Shown: positions 1 to 9,489, counted from the first letter of the stretch. The stretch: 64,000 bases of DNA from a virus (IMGVR_UViG_3300032241_003073:1-64000); one strand, 5' to 3'. Numbers and translations: made by a program. The notes: generated by a model not told the origin, from the letters alone.

Positions 1-323
1 AGAATACCAGCAGAAGGAGTTGAAGTTGATCCTGATCCAGATATTGTATAAATACTTGTAGGAGTTGCAACAACAGTTCCCGTGTTAATCGTGGCACCAG
101 TAATAACACCAGTTGTTGTATATGTTCCATTAGGAATAGCTGTCGTAGATCCAGATACAGTGTATATGCTTCCCGACCCTGGTGTTATTGTAAATGTTCC
201 GGTTGGAGATACTGGTTGGGTAGCAGTAGATCCATCCACTTTAAGCGCAGATGAAGATGTAATACCAACAGTGTATGTGTTATCTGTTAGTTTAACAGGC
301 ATCTGTGTTTGAATATCAGCCAT
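1..323 (-). CDS. Thr/Ser/Gly-rich putative virion surface or fibre protein (5' part; runs off the window)
   Basis: ATG at 323 after AAAGGAG; open frame MADIQTQMPVKLTDNTYTVGITSSSALKVDGSTATQPVS to the window edge; not in the ORF track. Confidence 0.7.
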   Translation of the reverse strand, partial: MADIQTQMPVKLTDNTYTVGITSSSALKVDGSTATQPVSPTGTFTITPGSGSIYTVSGSTTAIPNGTYTTTGVITGATINTGTVVATPTSIYTISGSGSTSTPSAGI

Positions 324-358
324 TTATATCTCCTTTTATTTTTTTTTTTTTTTTTATT

Positions 359-601
359 TTACTTTGATTCTGCTGGCTGGTCTTTCTTTTTAGCTTCTGC
401 TTCTATTTGAATTTTAATATTATTATCTTGGTCAGATATTAATTTTTTTTGTGCTTCTATATCTACATTGCATCTTTCAATTTCTTCTTGAAGCTCTATA
501 ATTCTAATTTTTCTTGCCTGAATGTTTGTTTGAGCCACAAGTTTAATGTGTTCAAATCTCATAACTGTTAAATTATTGTTTGTACTGAATAAATCTGCCA
601 T
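359..601 (-). CDS. small coiled-coil hypothetical protein
   Basis: AAAGGA RBS; E/Q/K/I heptad-like composition. Confidence 0.7.
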   Translation of the reverse strand: MADLFSTNNNLTVMRFEHIKLVAQTNIQARKIRIIELQEEIERCNVDIEAQKKLISDQDNNIKIQIEAEAKKKDQPAESK

Positions 602-660
602 TGGTTTTTTCCTTTCTTTACTTATTTATGTTTGATAAATTTTTTTTCAAAGGTAGTTAT

Positions 661-2022
661 ATGAATTTAGATAATTTTTTGTTTAAAATGTATGAAGAGT
701 CTTCAATTTTAAATTCTGAAGGAAGGGATTCTGAAGCTATATATTTTTCTGAAAGCGTTGCTGTTCAAGCACTTAATTCTTTAGGGTTAACATATTGTCG
801 TAATTCTGAAAATTGGAATAAATCAATTAATTGTTTTAAGGATGCGCTTAAAATTGATCCTGGAAGCTGGCTTTTATGGTCTAATATGTGCCATGCTTTT
901 AATATTCAAGAAAAAGATGAAGATGCATTGAACGCATCTTTTCAAGCAATTAAATTTTCTGGAGGGATTCTTTTTGATCCTTATTATAATGCAGGAGTTA
1001 CATTAACTGCTGTTGGAAGATTAGAAGAAGCTGTGAATATGTATCGTGCGGCATTACAAATAAACCCTGAGCACAATCAAACAATTTATAATTTAGCTCT
1101 TTGTTTATTAAGAATGGGCAATTATAAAGAAGGCTGGGAAAAGTATGAATACCGATTTAAAACTGGGGAGTTTACTCAAAAATTTAAAGATAGATTTGTT
1201 CAAGATCATTGGGATGGAAGAAAATATAAGAAAAAATCTATTTTGGTTTATAACGAACAAGGAATTGGAGATTTTATATTTTATTCAAGATTTTTTCCTC
1301 AACTAAAATCTTTAGGTGGAAAACTTTTAGTAGAAGTACAAGATGTATTATCTCCAGTTTTGGGAGAAAATTTAAAAATTGATAAAATTTTTACTCGTCC
1401 AAACACGATTGATTGGCCAACACCTCCTGATTCTGATTATTGTGTTTCTGTTTCTAGTTTGCCTTTTCTACTAAAAATAGATTCTACAGACAAGATACCC
1501 AATGATCCTTATATAATTGCTCCCAATAGACCAAAGCCTAGAAATTTTAGCTCTAAAAAGTTTAAAATTGGAATATGTTGGGCTGGAAATTCTGATCACA
1601 AAAGAGATCACACTCGCTCTATGTTTTTAAATCAATTTAGACCTCTTGCAAACAATCCTAAAGTTCAATTGTTTGGATTGTTAAAAGGTGTAAATTCTTA
1701 TAGAAAGTGGCCACAAGGAAATTTTAATTTAAATGAAGGAATAGAAAATTTTCCTATGATTAATTTGCACGATGAAATTAAAGATTTTTCGGACGCTGCA
1801 CATTTTATTAATCATTTAGATTTGGTTGTGACTGTAGATACTGGATTAGCACATTTAGCGGGAGCCATGGGAAAACCAGTGTGGACATTGATTGGAAAAG
1901 AAGTAGATTGGAGATGGGGAAATGATAATTCATCTATTTGGTATCCATCTATGCGTTTGTTTCGTAGAAAAGATACTTGGGAAAATCTCATTCAAGAAGT
2001 TTTAGAACAATTGCCAGTATAA
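661..2022 (+). CDS. TPR-repeat protein with C-terminal GT9 (heptosyltransferase-like) glycosyltransferase domain
   Basis: N-terminal TPRs (YYNAGVTLTAVGRLEEAVNMYRAALQINP); EQGIGDFI, IGICWAG and DLVVTVDTGLAHLAGAMGKPVW motifs; start taken at ATG 661. Confidence 0.85.
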   Translation: MNLDNFLFKMYEESSILNSEGRDSEAIYFSESVAVQALNSLGLTYCRNSENWNKSINCFKDALKIDPGSWLLWSNMCHAFNIQEKDEDALNASFQAIKFSGGILFDPYYNAGVTLTAVGRLEEAVNMYRAALQINPEHNQTIYNLALCLLRMGNYKEGWEKYEYRFKTGEFTQKFKDRFVQDHWDGRKYKKKSILVYNEQGIGDFIFYSRFFPQLKSLGGKLLVEVQDVLSPVLGENLKIDKIFTRPNTIDWPTPPDSDYCVSVSSLPFLLKIDSTDKIPNDPYIIAPNRPKPRNFSSKKFKIGICWAGNSDHKRDHTRSMFLNQFRPLANNPKVQLFGLLKGVNSYRKWPQGNFNLNEGIENFPMINLHDEIKDFSDAAHFINHLDLVVTVDTGLAHLAGAMGKPVWTLIGKEVDWRWGNDNSSIWYPSMRLFRRKDTWENLIQEVLEQLPV

Positions 2023-2052
2023 AAAAAGGTGCCATTTTGGCACCTTTTTTTA
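2021..2052. terminator. bidirectional intrinsic terminator
   Basis: AAAAAAAGGTGCC-ATTTT-GGCACCTTTTTTT between convergent genes. Confidence 0.85.
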
Positions 2053-2059
2053 TTATTTT

Positions 2060-2866
2060 TTAATTTACTTTTGCCATTCCAAATTTATTTGTGTCAATTG
2101 GACAATCAATGCTTTTGTGATGACAGAATAAATTTATTGATACTATTTGAGAATATATGTCTCCTTCTTCTTTTGTTACAAATACATTCTCTTTTTCTTC
2201 ATAAAAATTGTTAGAATTATATAAAGGAGCATAATGTTTGTAGCAAACATAATCCATAGATTCTAATAGTTCTAATAAATCTTTTGATTTTTCTTGTCTA
2301 TCATCTTCTATGTAAAGCAAAGGCTTTAATTTTTCAATTGTTTCTTTCCCTCCTTCTAGGGCCAATTTCTCCATTCCTTCTATATCAATTTTAACAAAAT
2401 CCAATCTAATAAAATTTTGTTCGTCTAAAGTTATAAGAGGAACTGGATAGTTTTGAGATGAAGAGTAATCTTCACAAAGCGAAAGTGCTCCAAAATTTGT
2501 TGTTCTTTCTTTATCAAGTTCAGGTACGGAAATAAAACCAGCAGATGATCCTACTGCTTTTTGGAATAAATAAACATTGTGTAAATTGTTTATTGATACA
2601 TTTCCGGCCAAGGTGTTGAAATTAGTTCTTTCAGGTTCATAAGCAAATACCAGTCCGTTTGGTCCAACAATTCGAGATAGAGCGATTGTATGCGATCCAA
2701 TATTTGCTCCAATATCTAAAACAAAACTTCCTGGTTTGATTGCGTCAGAAAAAACTTGAACTTCAGCTTCTGAATATTCTCCGTATCTTTCAAAAGATCT
2801 TCCAACCCAAATGTCTTTGCTGTTGTAGATCATAAGCCCGTATTTGCATTTTTTGATTAAATTCAT
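2060..2866 (-). CDS. FkbM-family methyltransferase
   Basis: VLDIGANIG SAM motif, AYEPE, KIDIEGME. Confidence 0.9.
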   Translation of the reverse strand: MNLIKKCKYGLMIYNSKDIWVGRSFERYGEYSEAEVQVFSDAIKPGSFVLDIGANIGSHTIALSRIVGPNGLVFAYEPERTNFNTLAGNVSINNLHNVYLFQKAVGSSAGFISVPELDKERTTNFGALSLCEDYSSSQNYPVPLITLDEQNFIRLDFVKIDIEGMEKLALEGGKETIEKLKPLLYIEDDRQEKSKDLLELLESMDYVCYKHYAPLYNSNNFYEEKENVFVTKEEGDIYSQIVSINLFCHHKSIDCPIDTNKFGMAKVN

Positions 2867-2946
2867 TTTTTTTATTCCTCAAAATAAGATTTTAATTAAC
2901 ATAGTGAACTCGATGAAAATTTAATATATATTATAAAGGAGTAAAT

Positions 2947-3606
2947 GTGCCGTTAATTCAATGGATAATGCAAAATCTTTCACCGACAGCCATTCAAAAA
3001 GAAGGCGTTGTTGTTGGAGGTACTGCTGATGTTGCAAAACAATCATATATTATACCAAAACCAGCAGGATTATTGGCTGGAGGTGGGGCTTTTTATTCAA
3101 AAATTTCTAACATAATTGCTTCTGGAGGAATAGCTGTTGGTGGAAATGCAATTGTTTCTAAAAGATCAACAAAATATAAAGAAATTAAGCATATTCCTGG
3201 AGATACAGTTTACGATAAATGCAATAAATCTTGGGTTGTTGTTAGTTTTGAGTTTGCTCCATCTGGAGAGCCTAAATTTAATTTATCCAATAGCACTGGA
3301 CAACAAAAAATACTTTATGAAAGTCAACTATCAGATCAACCAGTATATGTTTTAGGCGAAGGTTTTTTAGATTGTCCTATGGCTCAATCTCAAGTTTTTT
3401 CGGGAAGAAGGATTCAAAAATTTGGATCTATAGATCTTTCTTACGAAAAAGAAATGATAGAATCTAAAATAAATCATTTACATCAAGAAATAATTCCTTC
3501 CGTGGTCAATCCTGGAAAAAAAACTTTTACATCAAATTATTGTTCAAGTTACGAGCAAAAAAAATATTTAATTGAATCTAAGATTTCTGATCTTATGAAT
3601 TCATAA
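2947..3606 (+). CDS. hypothetical protein, possibly virion-associated
   Basis: AAGGAG RBS, GTG start, repeated G-x-x-x-GG-x-A motifs. Confidence 0.6.
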   Translation: MPLIQWIMQNLSPTAIQKEGVVVGGTADVAKQSYIIPKPAGLLAGGGAFYSKISNIIASGGIAVGGNAIVSKRSTKYKEIKHIPGDTVYDKCNKSWVVVSFEFAPSGEPKFNLSNSTGQQKILYESQLSDQPVYVLGEGFLDCPMAQSQVFSGRRIQKFGSIDLSYEKEMIESKINHLHQEIIPSVVNPGKKTFTSNYCSSYEQKKYLIESKISDLMNS

Positions 3607-3626
3607 ATTTAATTGAAAGGAATAAA

Positions 3627-3956
3627 ATGCAAGAATACGTTGGATCTGGTATTGCAAGATTTGGAGGATGTGCAAAAACAACAAAAACAGTTTATATTGG
3701 ATATAAATGGGGAGAAAATTCAATTTTGTATGTAAAATATAAAGCTCAAAAAGGAATTTTAGAAACCGTTGCAATTAAAAGAGTTTTGCTTAATGGTGGA
3801 AAAAAAACCTTTAATAAAATTATTCCAATTTATCAGGACACATTAAACAGTCTTTGGAATGAAAATGATTTAATTTTAGCGGAAGAGGCTCGTAGTTTGG
3901 CACTGGATTATTGGCAGAAAAGACAAGAAGAAATTAACGCTCATTCTTGCGGATAA
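3627..3956 (+). CDS. hypothetical protein
   Basis: AAAGGA RBS; GSGIARFGGCA resembles the motif in the upstream gene. Confidence 0.65.
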   Translation: MQEYVGSGIARFGGCAKTTKTVYIGYKWGENSILYVKYKAQKGILETVAIKRVLLNGGKKTFNKIIPIYQDTLNSLWNENDLILAEEARSLALDYWQKRQEEINAHSCG

Positions 3957-4576
3957 TTCATGTATTCATCTAATTTTTGAGAAAGACTTTCTAAAAAATC
4001 TGAATTTTCAGCGGGACCACCAATAAAAGAAATATCCCAATATATTGTATCCAAAACATCTAAAAGACTAAAATCTGAATTTCTTTTTTCTATGGCGTTA
4101 TTTTCTAAATTTTTATATAAAGTAACCTCTTCTTTTAATTTAACTGGTGTGTCTGCGAATTGCCAAAGAGGACTATAGGAAATTGAATATGTTTCTTTTT
4201 CTCCAACACCATAGAATTCAGTATAACTAGTGAAAAACTTTTTATCTAAATATTCAGATAACTTTACGAAACGACAAATTTCCAAATGAGTAATTTTATT
4301 GTTTTCAATTTGTCTCATCGGTTCTTTTACTTGTGCCTGAAATTCTTCAATCTGTGGACACCAAGAATATTGAGAAATAAAAAATTTAAGGGTTTTATAG
4401 CGATCTATAGTTTTGAATATTTGTTTTAAAGTTGTTCCTTCTGCAATTCGACACTCCCATCGCAGATATGTAAGAATTTTGCTTTTTTTAACTTTTTTCT
4501 TAACATATTCTTTTTTAGACTTGTCCCATTCATTTAAAATAAAGCCATTAGAAGTAAACTCAATATACTCAGACAT
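3941..4576 (-). CDS. hypothetical protein
   Basis: long ORF; likely start MSEYIEF overlapping the upstream stop. Confidence 0.65.
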   Translation of the reverse strand: MSEYIEFTSNGFILNEWDKSKKEYVKKKVKKSKILTYLRWECRIAEGTTLKQIFKTIDRYKTLKFFISQYSWCPQIEEFQAQVKEPMRQIENNKITHLEICRFVKLSEYLDKKFFTSYTEFYGVGEKETYSISYSPLWQFADTPVKLKEEVTLYKNLENNAIEKRNSDFSLLDVLDTIYWDISFIGGPAENSDFLESLSQKLDEYMNYPQE

Positions 4577-4919
4577 TTTTTCTTTCCTTGGTTCTGGAGT
4601 ATTTGCAAATTCCAAAGTTGCTATTCAAATTCTTTCTGGGAATAGAATCATGGCTAATTACTGTAACAAGACGGTACTCGTCAATTGTTATAGATTCCAT
4701 TACAAACAGTATGTTTATTTCATTGTTAAAACTATAAACAGTTCCATTCTTTCTAGGAGTTCCAAATGGGATATATTCTTTTTTTTTGATAATTTTTGAA
4801 AATTTTACAGATTCTGTAATTTCATCAAACAATGTAAATCCATTTTTTTTCTTTTTTTTTACACGTTCTTTCCATCGTATCAGTGCATGATCTGTTATGT
4901 GGAGAATATTAAATTTCAT
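4569..4919 (-). CDS. hypothetical protein with ITDHA..R..ER motif (DUF4258/RelE-like fold possible)
   Basis: N-terminal HITDHALIRWKER and C-terminal LVTVI strand. Confidence 0.5.
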   Translation of the reverse strand: MKFNILHITDHALIRWKERVKKKKKNGFTLFDEITESVKFSKIIKKKEYIPFGTPRKNGTVYSFNNEINILFVMESITIDEYRLVTVISHDSIPRKNLNSNFGICKYSRTKERKNV

Positions 4920-4966
4920 TTTTAAACTTTCTATTGTGGCAAGTTAATTTCCCCTTTCGTTGTTTA

Positions 4967-4994
4967 ATTTTATCACAATCCTCAATAAAATCAA
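4967..4994 (-). promoter_or_regulatory. sigma70-type early promoter
   Basis: TTGATT-16 nt ending TGA-TAAAAT. Confidence 0.55.
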
Positions 4995-6076
4995 TTCAAA
5001 TATTTTGGAATGTATGTTTGAAGGGCAATCCAAATAAGCGATCTTTTTGCTCTGGATGCTACAGTATAAGACCAGCGATAATGATTCCAATTTTCATGTC
5101 TTTGTTCGTATGCAATTACAGAACCGAATTCTGCCCCTTGAGACTTGTGAGCCGTAATTGCATATGCATAATCAAATGGATTTGGAGTTTGCCCAAAGTC
5201 AAACTCATTCGTTTTTTTGCCAAATTGTTCAATGTCGTAGTGAACTTTTTCATAAAGAACACCATCTGAAATGAAATCAAAACGATCATTTTTATGAATC
5301 TTTGTTACTACGCCTTGCATTCCATTGAATAATCCTTGTTTTTTATTATTTCTTAATGAAATTATTTTTTCATCTTTTCCTACAAATGTATATTCAATTC
5401 TTTTTTGTCTTCTGACTTTTTCATTGATTTCAACACGAGTTTTATTGTAAGCACAAATAACTTGATCGACGGAAGCCAAATGGCGGTCCTCAATTGCCGA
5501 AGAATTTACAATTTGTACATTGTTTTCACATTTAAATGTCGTTGATGGATTTCCATTTCGAAGATGAGCAGCAAAATGAGCAATTTCTCCAGCATTTCTA
5601 TGTATAGTTTCTAATTTATACATAGGATCTTCCATTAAATTGAATTTGGTTCCAATAGGCTCTAATTGTCCATGATCACCGACATATATGATTGGAAGAT
5701 TGAAAGATAGCAAATCCATATGAATTTCTTTGCTTACAAAAGATCCTTCATCAATAATAAATCCTTCTATTCCTTTGGAATTTAAATCATAAGCATCAGC
5801 AATCATCCAAATTGTTTCATCTCTATCGTTCTTGTAGGGTTTATAAATTGTTCCATGAATTGTGTTGGAATCAAGACCTTTTTTTCTTAATACATTCGTA
5901 GCTTGTCCAGTAAAAGCACACACAGCGAAATTTTCAAAATATTTAGATAAGTAGGTCAAACAAGTTGTTTTTCCACATCCTGCATGACCTCCTAAAGTTA
6001 CAACTTGATTGTTGCCACTTTTTATTTCTTTTATAACGTTTTTGACTGCATCTTTTTGTTCTGTTGTAAGAATCAT
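4991..6076 (-). CDS. RecD/Dda-like SF1B DNA helicase
   Basis: GHAGCGKTT Walker A, IIDEGS, VGDHGQLEP, AYAITAHKSQGAEF, YTVASRA. Confidence 0.92.
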   Translation of the reverse strand: MILTTEQKDAVKNVIKEIKSGNNQVVTLGGHAGCGKTTCLTYLSKYFENFAVCAFTGQATNVLRKKGLDSNTIHGTIYKPYKNDRDETIWMIADAYDLNSKGIEGFIIDEGSFVSKEIHMDLLSFNLPIIYVGDHGQLEPIGTKFNLMEDPMYKLETIHRNAGEIAHFAAHLRNGNPSTTFKCENNVQIVNSSAIEDRHLASVDQVICAYNKTRVEINEKVRRQKRIEYTFVGKDEKIISLRNNKKQGLFNGMQGVVTKIHKNDRFDFISDGVLYEKVHYDIEQFGKKTNEFDFGQTPNPFDYAYAITAHKSQGAEFGSVIAYEQRHENWNHYRWSYTVASRAKRSLIWIALQTYIPKYLN

Positions 6077-6077
6077 A

Positions 6078-6296
6078 TTAATGAATGCAAGAAGCTATGA
6101 TGTGGGATAGTGACAAAAACATTGCAGCTATGACAATTGCCATTGCAATCGGATTATCCTTTAATCCTGCTTGAAAGTCAACCTTTGGCAATAGCCAATC
6201 AAATACTTTAAATCCACCAAAAAGCAAGAATATACTAGATACTCCAAAAATCATTGATCCAGCTAGACCAATCCAAAAGTTATTAGGCAAGTTCAT
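6078..6296 (-). CDS. small two-TM membrane protein (DUF350-like)
   Basis: AAGGAG RBS; two hydrophobic helices flanking FDWLLPKVDF...NPIAMA. Confidence 0.65.
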   Translation of the reverse strand: MNLPNNFWIGLAGSMIFGVSSIFLLFGGFKVFDWLLPKVDFQAGLKDNPIAMAIVIAAMFLSLSHIIASCIH

Positions 6297-6333
6297 TGTT
6301 TGCTCCTTATAAAAATCTACATAATTAATATAG

Positions 6334-6864
6334 TTACCATGCACTTTCAAATGGTTCAAAAATTGATCTTACTAGATTTTCTTTTTTCTTTTTTGGAGGT
6401 TTATGTGATCCAAAACCATATTCTTCATAATAATTTAGCATCCAAAACATATCTCTAAACAAAACAAAATAATTTCTTGGACTATAAAAAATATCGCCAG
6501 TTGGAATGCTTGTTAAAATGTGGACCGACTCTCCATCTTTATGGTTGTCTTCAGCCCATAAATTGTAAGAAGGGAGCCAACCTTCAGGATCTGATACAGT
6601 TCTTGAAAAAGCCGGAAATGGATCATAAATTAAAGTCCATTCTTCAACATCTTCAATTTTATGCTTTTTTGAATCTTCTCCAATAGCTGGCAAGTCAATT
6701 AAATTTTTTCTTGGAGTGTGGATGTTACAGAAAATTCTTTTATGGTTCCAATCATGTTTGTAGCCATTATATCCATTTTTTTCTACGTTTAATTTAAAAT
6801 TATTCCATTTTTCAATATGTAGGTAAACTTTGCCATTGTCCCAATGTTCAAATTCCCATTGCAT
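6334..6864 (-). CDS. hypothetical protein
   Basis: ORF from MQWEFEHW; the track's longer N-terminus overlaps the tRNA and terminator. Confidence 0.65.
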   Translation of the reverse strand: MQWEFEHWDNGKVYLHIEKWNNFKLNVEKNGYNGYKHDWNHKRIFCNIHTPRKNLIDLPAIGEDSKKHKIEDVEEWTLIYDPFPAFSRTVSDPEGWLPSYNLWAEDNHKDGESVHILTSIPTGDIFYSPRNYFVLFRDMFWMLNYYEEYGFGSHKPPKKKKENLVRSIFEPFESAW

Positions 6865-6892
6865 ATTTAAATTTCCCAAAAAATGATTAAAT

Positions 6893-6922
6893 AAAAAAAC
6901 TCCTAAAAAAATTAGGAGTTTA
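6893..6922 (-). terminator. intrinsic terminator after tRNA-Leu
   Basis: AACTCCTAA/TTAGGAGTT hairpin followed by a T-run on the minus strand. Confidence 0.7.
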
Positions 6923-6923
6923 G

Positions 6924-7213
6924 TCGCCTCGGTGGGAATCGAACCCACACTCCGGTTTCCCAGAAACGGATTTTCTTACCACTACGACTTTCGTCGCCTC
7001 AAAAATGAGTTTGTGGTCTGGACTATGCCTTCACCATATCTTGCGATTTAGGTGGATGCCGTCTAGTCTCTACACCTTCCTATTTCTAGGCTTGGCTCGG
7101 CGTTGCCATTTGAAAGGTTTCACCGAATTTGACATCATCCCACCAGAAGTTTCCTATCTGATGGCTCATTAGGTAGACAAGTCCGTTGCGTCTGCCAGTT
7201 CCGCCACGAGGCG
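6924..7213 (-). tRNA. trnL: tRNA-Leu(UAA) interrupted by a group I intron
   Basis: Exon 1 7213-7179 CGCCTCGTGGCGGAACTGGCAGACGCAACGGACTT; exon 2 6974-6924 AAAATCCGTTTCTGGGAAACCGGAGTGTGGGTTCGATTCCCACCGAGGCGA; spliced anticodon arm ACGGA-CT-TAA-AA-TCCGT; long variable arm; A73; no encoded CCA. Confidence 0.93.
6975..7178 (-). mobile_element. group I self-splicing intron (IC3-like, 204 nt, no ORF)
   Basis: Exon ends in U, intron ends in G; IGS TGAGCC; core elements AAATTCGGTGAAACC (P), GGCAACGCCGAGCCAAG (Q), GTAGAGACTAGACGG (R), GCATAGTCC (S). Confidence 0.9.
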
Positions 7214-7225
7214 TCAACACATATA

Positions 7226-7253
7226 ACTATATCACATTATTTTAGAATGTCAA
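7226..7253 (-). promoter_or_regulatory. sigma70-type promoter for tRNA-Leu
   Basis: TTGACA-16 nt ending TGA-TATAGT, 12 nt upstream of the tRNA 5' end. Confidence 0.75.
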
Positions 7254-7447
7254 TCTTTTAAAATTCTGAAATCTTGATAATTTCTCATAAAATCCTCAAG
7301 TTCCCTAATGCAGTCTTTTAGCGACAATGTGCGTCCATGCTGCACGCCCATAGCGATATTTGAATCCATATCTTTTGCAACATGAGGATTGTTTTCGAAC
7401 ATCTTCAATTTTTCTTTCCAATGTACAATCAATTCTTCTATATTCAT
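7250..7447 (-). CDS. hypothetical protein
   Basis: ORF in a co-directional cluster. Confidence 0.55.
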   Translation of the reverse strand: MNIEELIVHWKEKLKMFENNPHVAKDMDSNIAMGVQHGRTLSLKDCIRELEDFMRNYQDFRILKD

Positions 7448-7482
7448 TTTATTGCCTTGATTGTTGGTATTATGCTATTTTT

Positions 7483-8148
7483 TCAATCAAAAAATTGTAA
7501 TTTGATATCACCATCGCCTTTGTTTAAGCGAATTGTTTTCGTCAATGTTATTGTTGCATTAATTGATTCTTTTTCTTCGTTGGTTTTTCTAGAGAATGCG
7601 TCTAACTTTACACATTCTTTTAAAGATAGATTATGAGGGATTTCATAATATCCCCATTCTGGAATATTTTTTATGATTCCTTCATGTGTTTGAGAAATGT
7701 CTCTAATTTCTATTTTCCATGAGTTGTCATCGCCCCAAACACAACCAGCAACAAAAGCGAAGTTTTCATAAAAAATTTCTTTTTCTGGTTCAAAACATTC
7801 AGGATCGTATTCTTTTACTTCTTGTATCTCACCATCCTTGTCAGTCCATTCATGTATTTGATATTGAGGTACAAAAATATCAACTGGACAAAATCCATAA
7901 GCACTTGATTTTTCACCTCCAATTTCCTGACAGTCAGGAAGGCTCATTATTTTTATACAAGTATAATTAGGACTATACAGAGCGAACCATTGATCTTTAA
8001 TTTTAAAAGGTGCAAATGTTCTTACTCCATATGAACTATAATTTCTTAAAAATTCTCCAACCTTTTCTTCATTTTCAAAGATGCCAATTTTGGGGTATTC
8101 CCTACCATTTTCATCTTTCACTTTTTCAATTTCTTTTGCTGTGTACAT
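7483..8148 (-). CDS. hypothetical protein
   Basis: long ORF; GGAG upstream of ATG 8148; AFVAGCVWGDDNSWKI motif. Confidence 0.7.
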   Translation of the reverse strand: MYTAKEIEKVKDENGREYPKIGIFENEEKVGEFLRNYSSYGVRTFAPFKIKDQWFALYSPNYTCIKIMSLPDCQEIGGEKSSAYGFCPVDIFVPQYQIHEWTDKDGEIQEVKEYDPECFEPEKEIFYENFAFVAGCVWGDDNSWKIEIRDISQTHEGIIKNIPEWGYYEIPHNLSLKECVKLDAFSRKTNEEKESINATITLTKTIRLNKGDGDIKLQFFD

Positions 8149-8150
8149 TT

Positions 8151-8543
8151 TCACTCCCAAATTCTATGATTTTCAACGATTTTTTCCCAACCATCATATT
8201 CATCAACATACCAGCCTTCAATGCTATCAAATGGAATTTCAATTATGGCTAATTTTGAAAAACGTGCATTGGCTTCTTCTTTTAGCTCTGTAATTGATTG
8301 AATTAATCTTTTGTCTGTTCTAAACGTATTGTTATTAAGTTTATTTTTAATATCATCTTCATCATAATTCAAAGTTACTCTATAACTTTGTCTATCTTTA
8401 TTATAAACAAAATCAGCATTTTCGTTGATGTAGTTGCCGTCTTGGTCATACTCTGTCACAGTCATTCCTAACTCTATGCACCTTTTGGCGTCTTTGTCTG
8501 ATAGTCCAAAGCCGCCAAAACATTTGTTTATTGCAACTTTCAT
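8151..8543 (-). CDS. conserved phage hypothetical protein
   Basis: KVAINKCFGGFGLS...EYDGWE signature seen in many phage proteins. Confidence 0.75.
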   Translation of the reverse strand: MKVAINKCFGGFGLSDKDAKRCIELGMTVTEYDQDGNYINENADFVYNKDRQSYRVTLNYDEDDIKNKLNNNTFRTDKRLIQSITELKEEANARFSKLAIIEIPFDSIEGWYVDEYDGWEKIVENHRIWE

Positions 8544-8561
8544 TTTAGTTCTTTCTTATAA

Positions 8562-9032
8562 TTAGTAATTTGTAAGTGTTTCTGGGCTTTCGCTGGATAT
8601 TTTTTTATCTTCAGGATCGGGAGCAAGCCATCTGTTCATGGATGCTGGTTTTGTATAGCCAAATTGATTGATTGCGGCATGATAACCATCTGCATAACTT
8701 AGCTTTCCATCGACTCTTTCAAAAATTCCATATGCTTTGGTTGCATCATCCCATCCTTCTTGGTAAGAGCCAGCATTTTGAGGTCCACCCAATTTTACTA
8801 ATGCATCTTTATAGCCTTGATCATAAGTTGGCTTTTCTTTGTATTCAATAATTTTTTCTCGAAGCTCTTCCATTCCGTCTTTAATGATTCGATGCTCATG
8901 CTCAAAAATTGTATTAACAATCGAAAGTTTTTGATTTTCTCTTTGAACTCTCCATGTGACGTATGCCATCACAGCACAAAAAATAAGTGACATTGTTGCG
9001 ATGGTGCGTAGAACTTTTGGATTGTCGGTCAT
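8562..9032 (-). CDS. membrane-anchored hypothetical protein
   Basis: N-terminal TM helix, coiled coil, three Y-x-x-G-(Y/W)-x-x-A repeats. Confidence 0.65.
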   Translation of the reverse strand: MTDNPKVLRTIATMSLIFCAVMAYVTWRVQRENQKLSIVNTIFEHEHRIIKDGMEELREKIIEYKEKPTYDQGYKDALVKLGGPQNAGSYQEGWDDATKAYGIFERVDGKLSYADGYHAAINQFGYTKPASMNRWLAPDPEDKKISSESPETLTNY

Positions 9033-9075
9033 TTCTTTTGCCCTTAAAAGGATGACGGTCTGTTAAAGTTCGTTT

Positions 9076-9103
9076 ATGCTACCACTTATGAGAATAATGT
9101 CAA
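9076..9103 (-). promoter_or_regulatory. sigma70-type early promoter
   Basis: TTGACA-16 nt ending TGG-TAGCAT. Confidence 0.6.
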
Positions 9104-9489
9104 GCTTGAGCTATTAGTTTTTGACCACGTTCTCGAACCGCCAAATAAAACACATAAGATGTTTTTACCTCTCCAATTTCTGCTTTACTTGGCGATTGCG
9201 TTTGTCTATAGACTAATTGCAGCTTTGTTGCCGCAGATTCGTAGTTTGACATGTCTTTTAATCGTCCAACGACAGATGCTATAAACTGAGGACTTCCTGT
9301 GATTCTAATGCCATCTTCTCCATAGGTCGATCCTTTGTGCGAATATGGAATGGGTTTGATTAAAATCGGACTATCGGATCTTAATGTCTTCCAATAATTC
9401 AAAATTTGAGGCTTTGTAGCCTTCCACAAATGAGATACTTGTTGTTCTTGAATATCTCGGGATTTTAAAAACTCATTGAACGTTTCCAT
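9100..9489 (-). CDS. hypothetical protein with capsid-targeting-like N-terminus
   Basis: METFNEFLKSRDIQE start. Confidence 0.7.
   Translation of the reverse strand: METFNEFLKSRDIQEQQVSHLWKATKPQILNYWKTLRSDSPILIKPIPYSHKGSTYGEDGIRITGSPQFIASVVGRLKDMSNYESAATKLQLVYRQTQSPSKAEIGEVKTSYVFYLAVRERGQKLIAQA

Noticed and set aside
82-312. Plus-strand 76-aa ORF
   Set aside because: Antisense shadow of the minus-strand gene starting at 323, which has a strong RBS.
339-355. 17-nt T homopolymer
   Set aside because: Intergenic and possibly a sequencing length artefact; no evidence of phase variation.
6865-6948. N-terminal extension of ORF 6334-6948
   Set aside because: Overlaps the tRNA-Leu 3' exon and its terminator.
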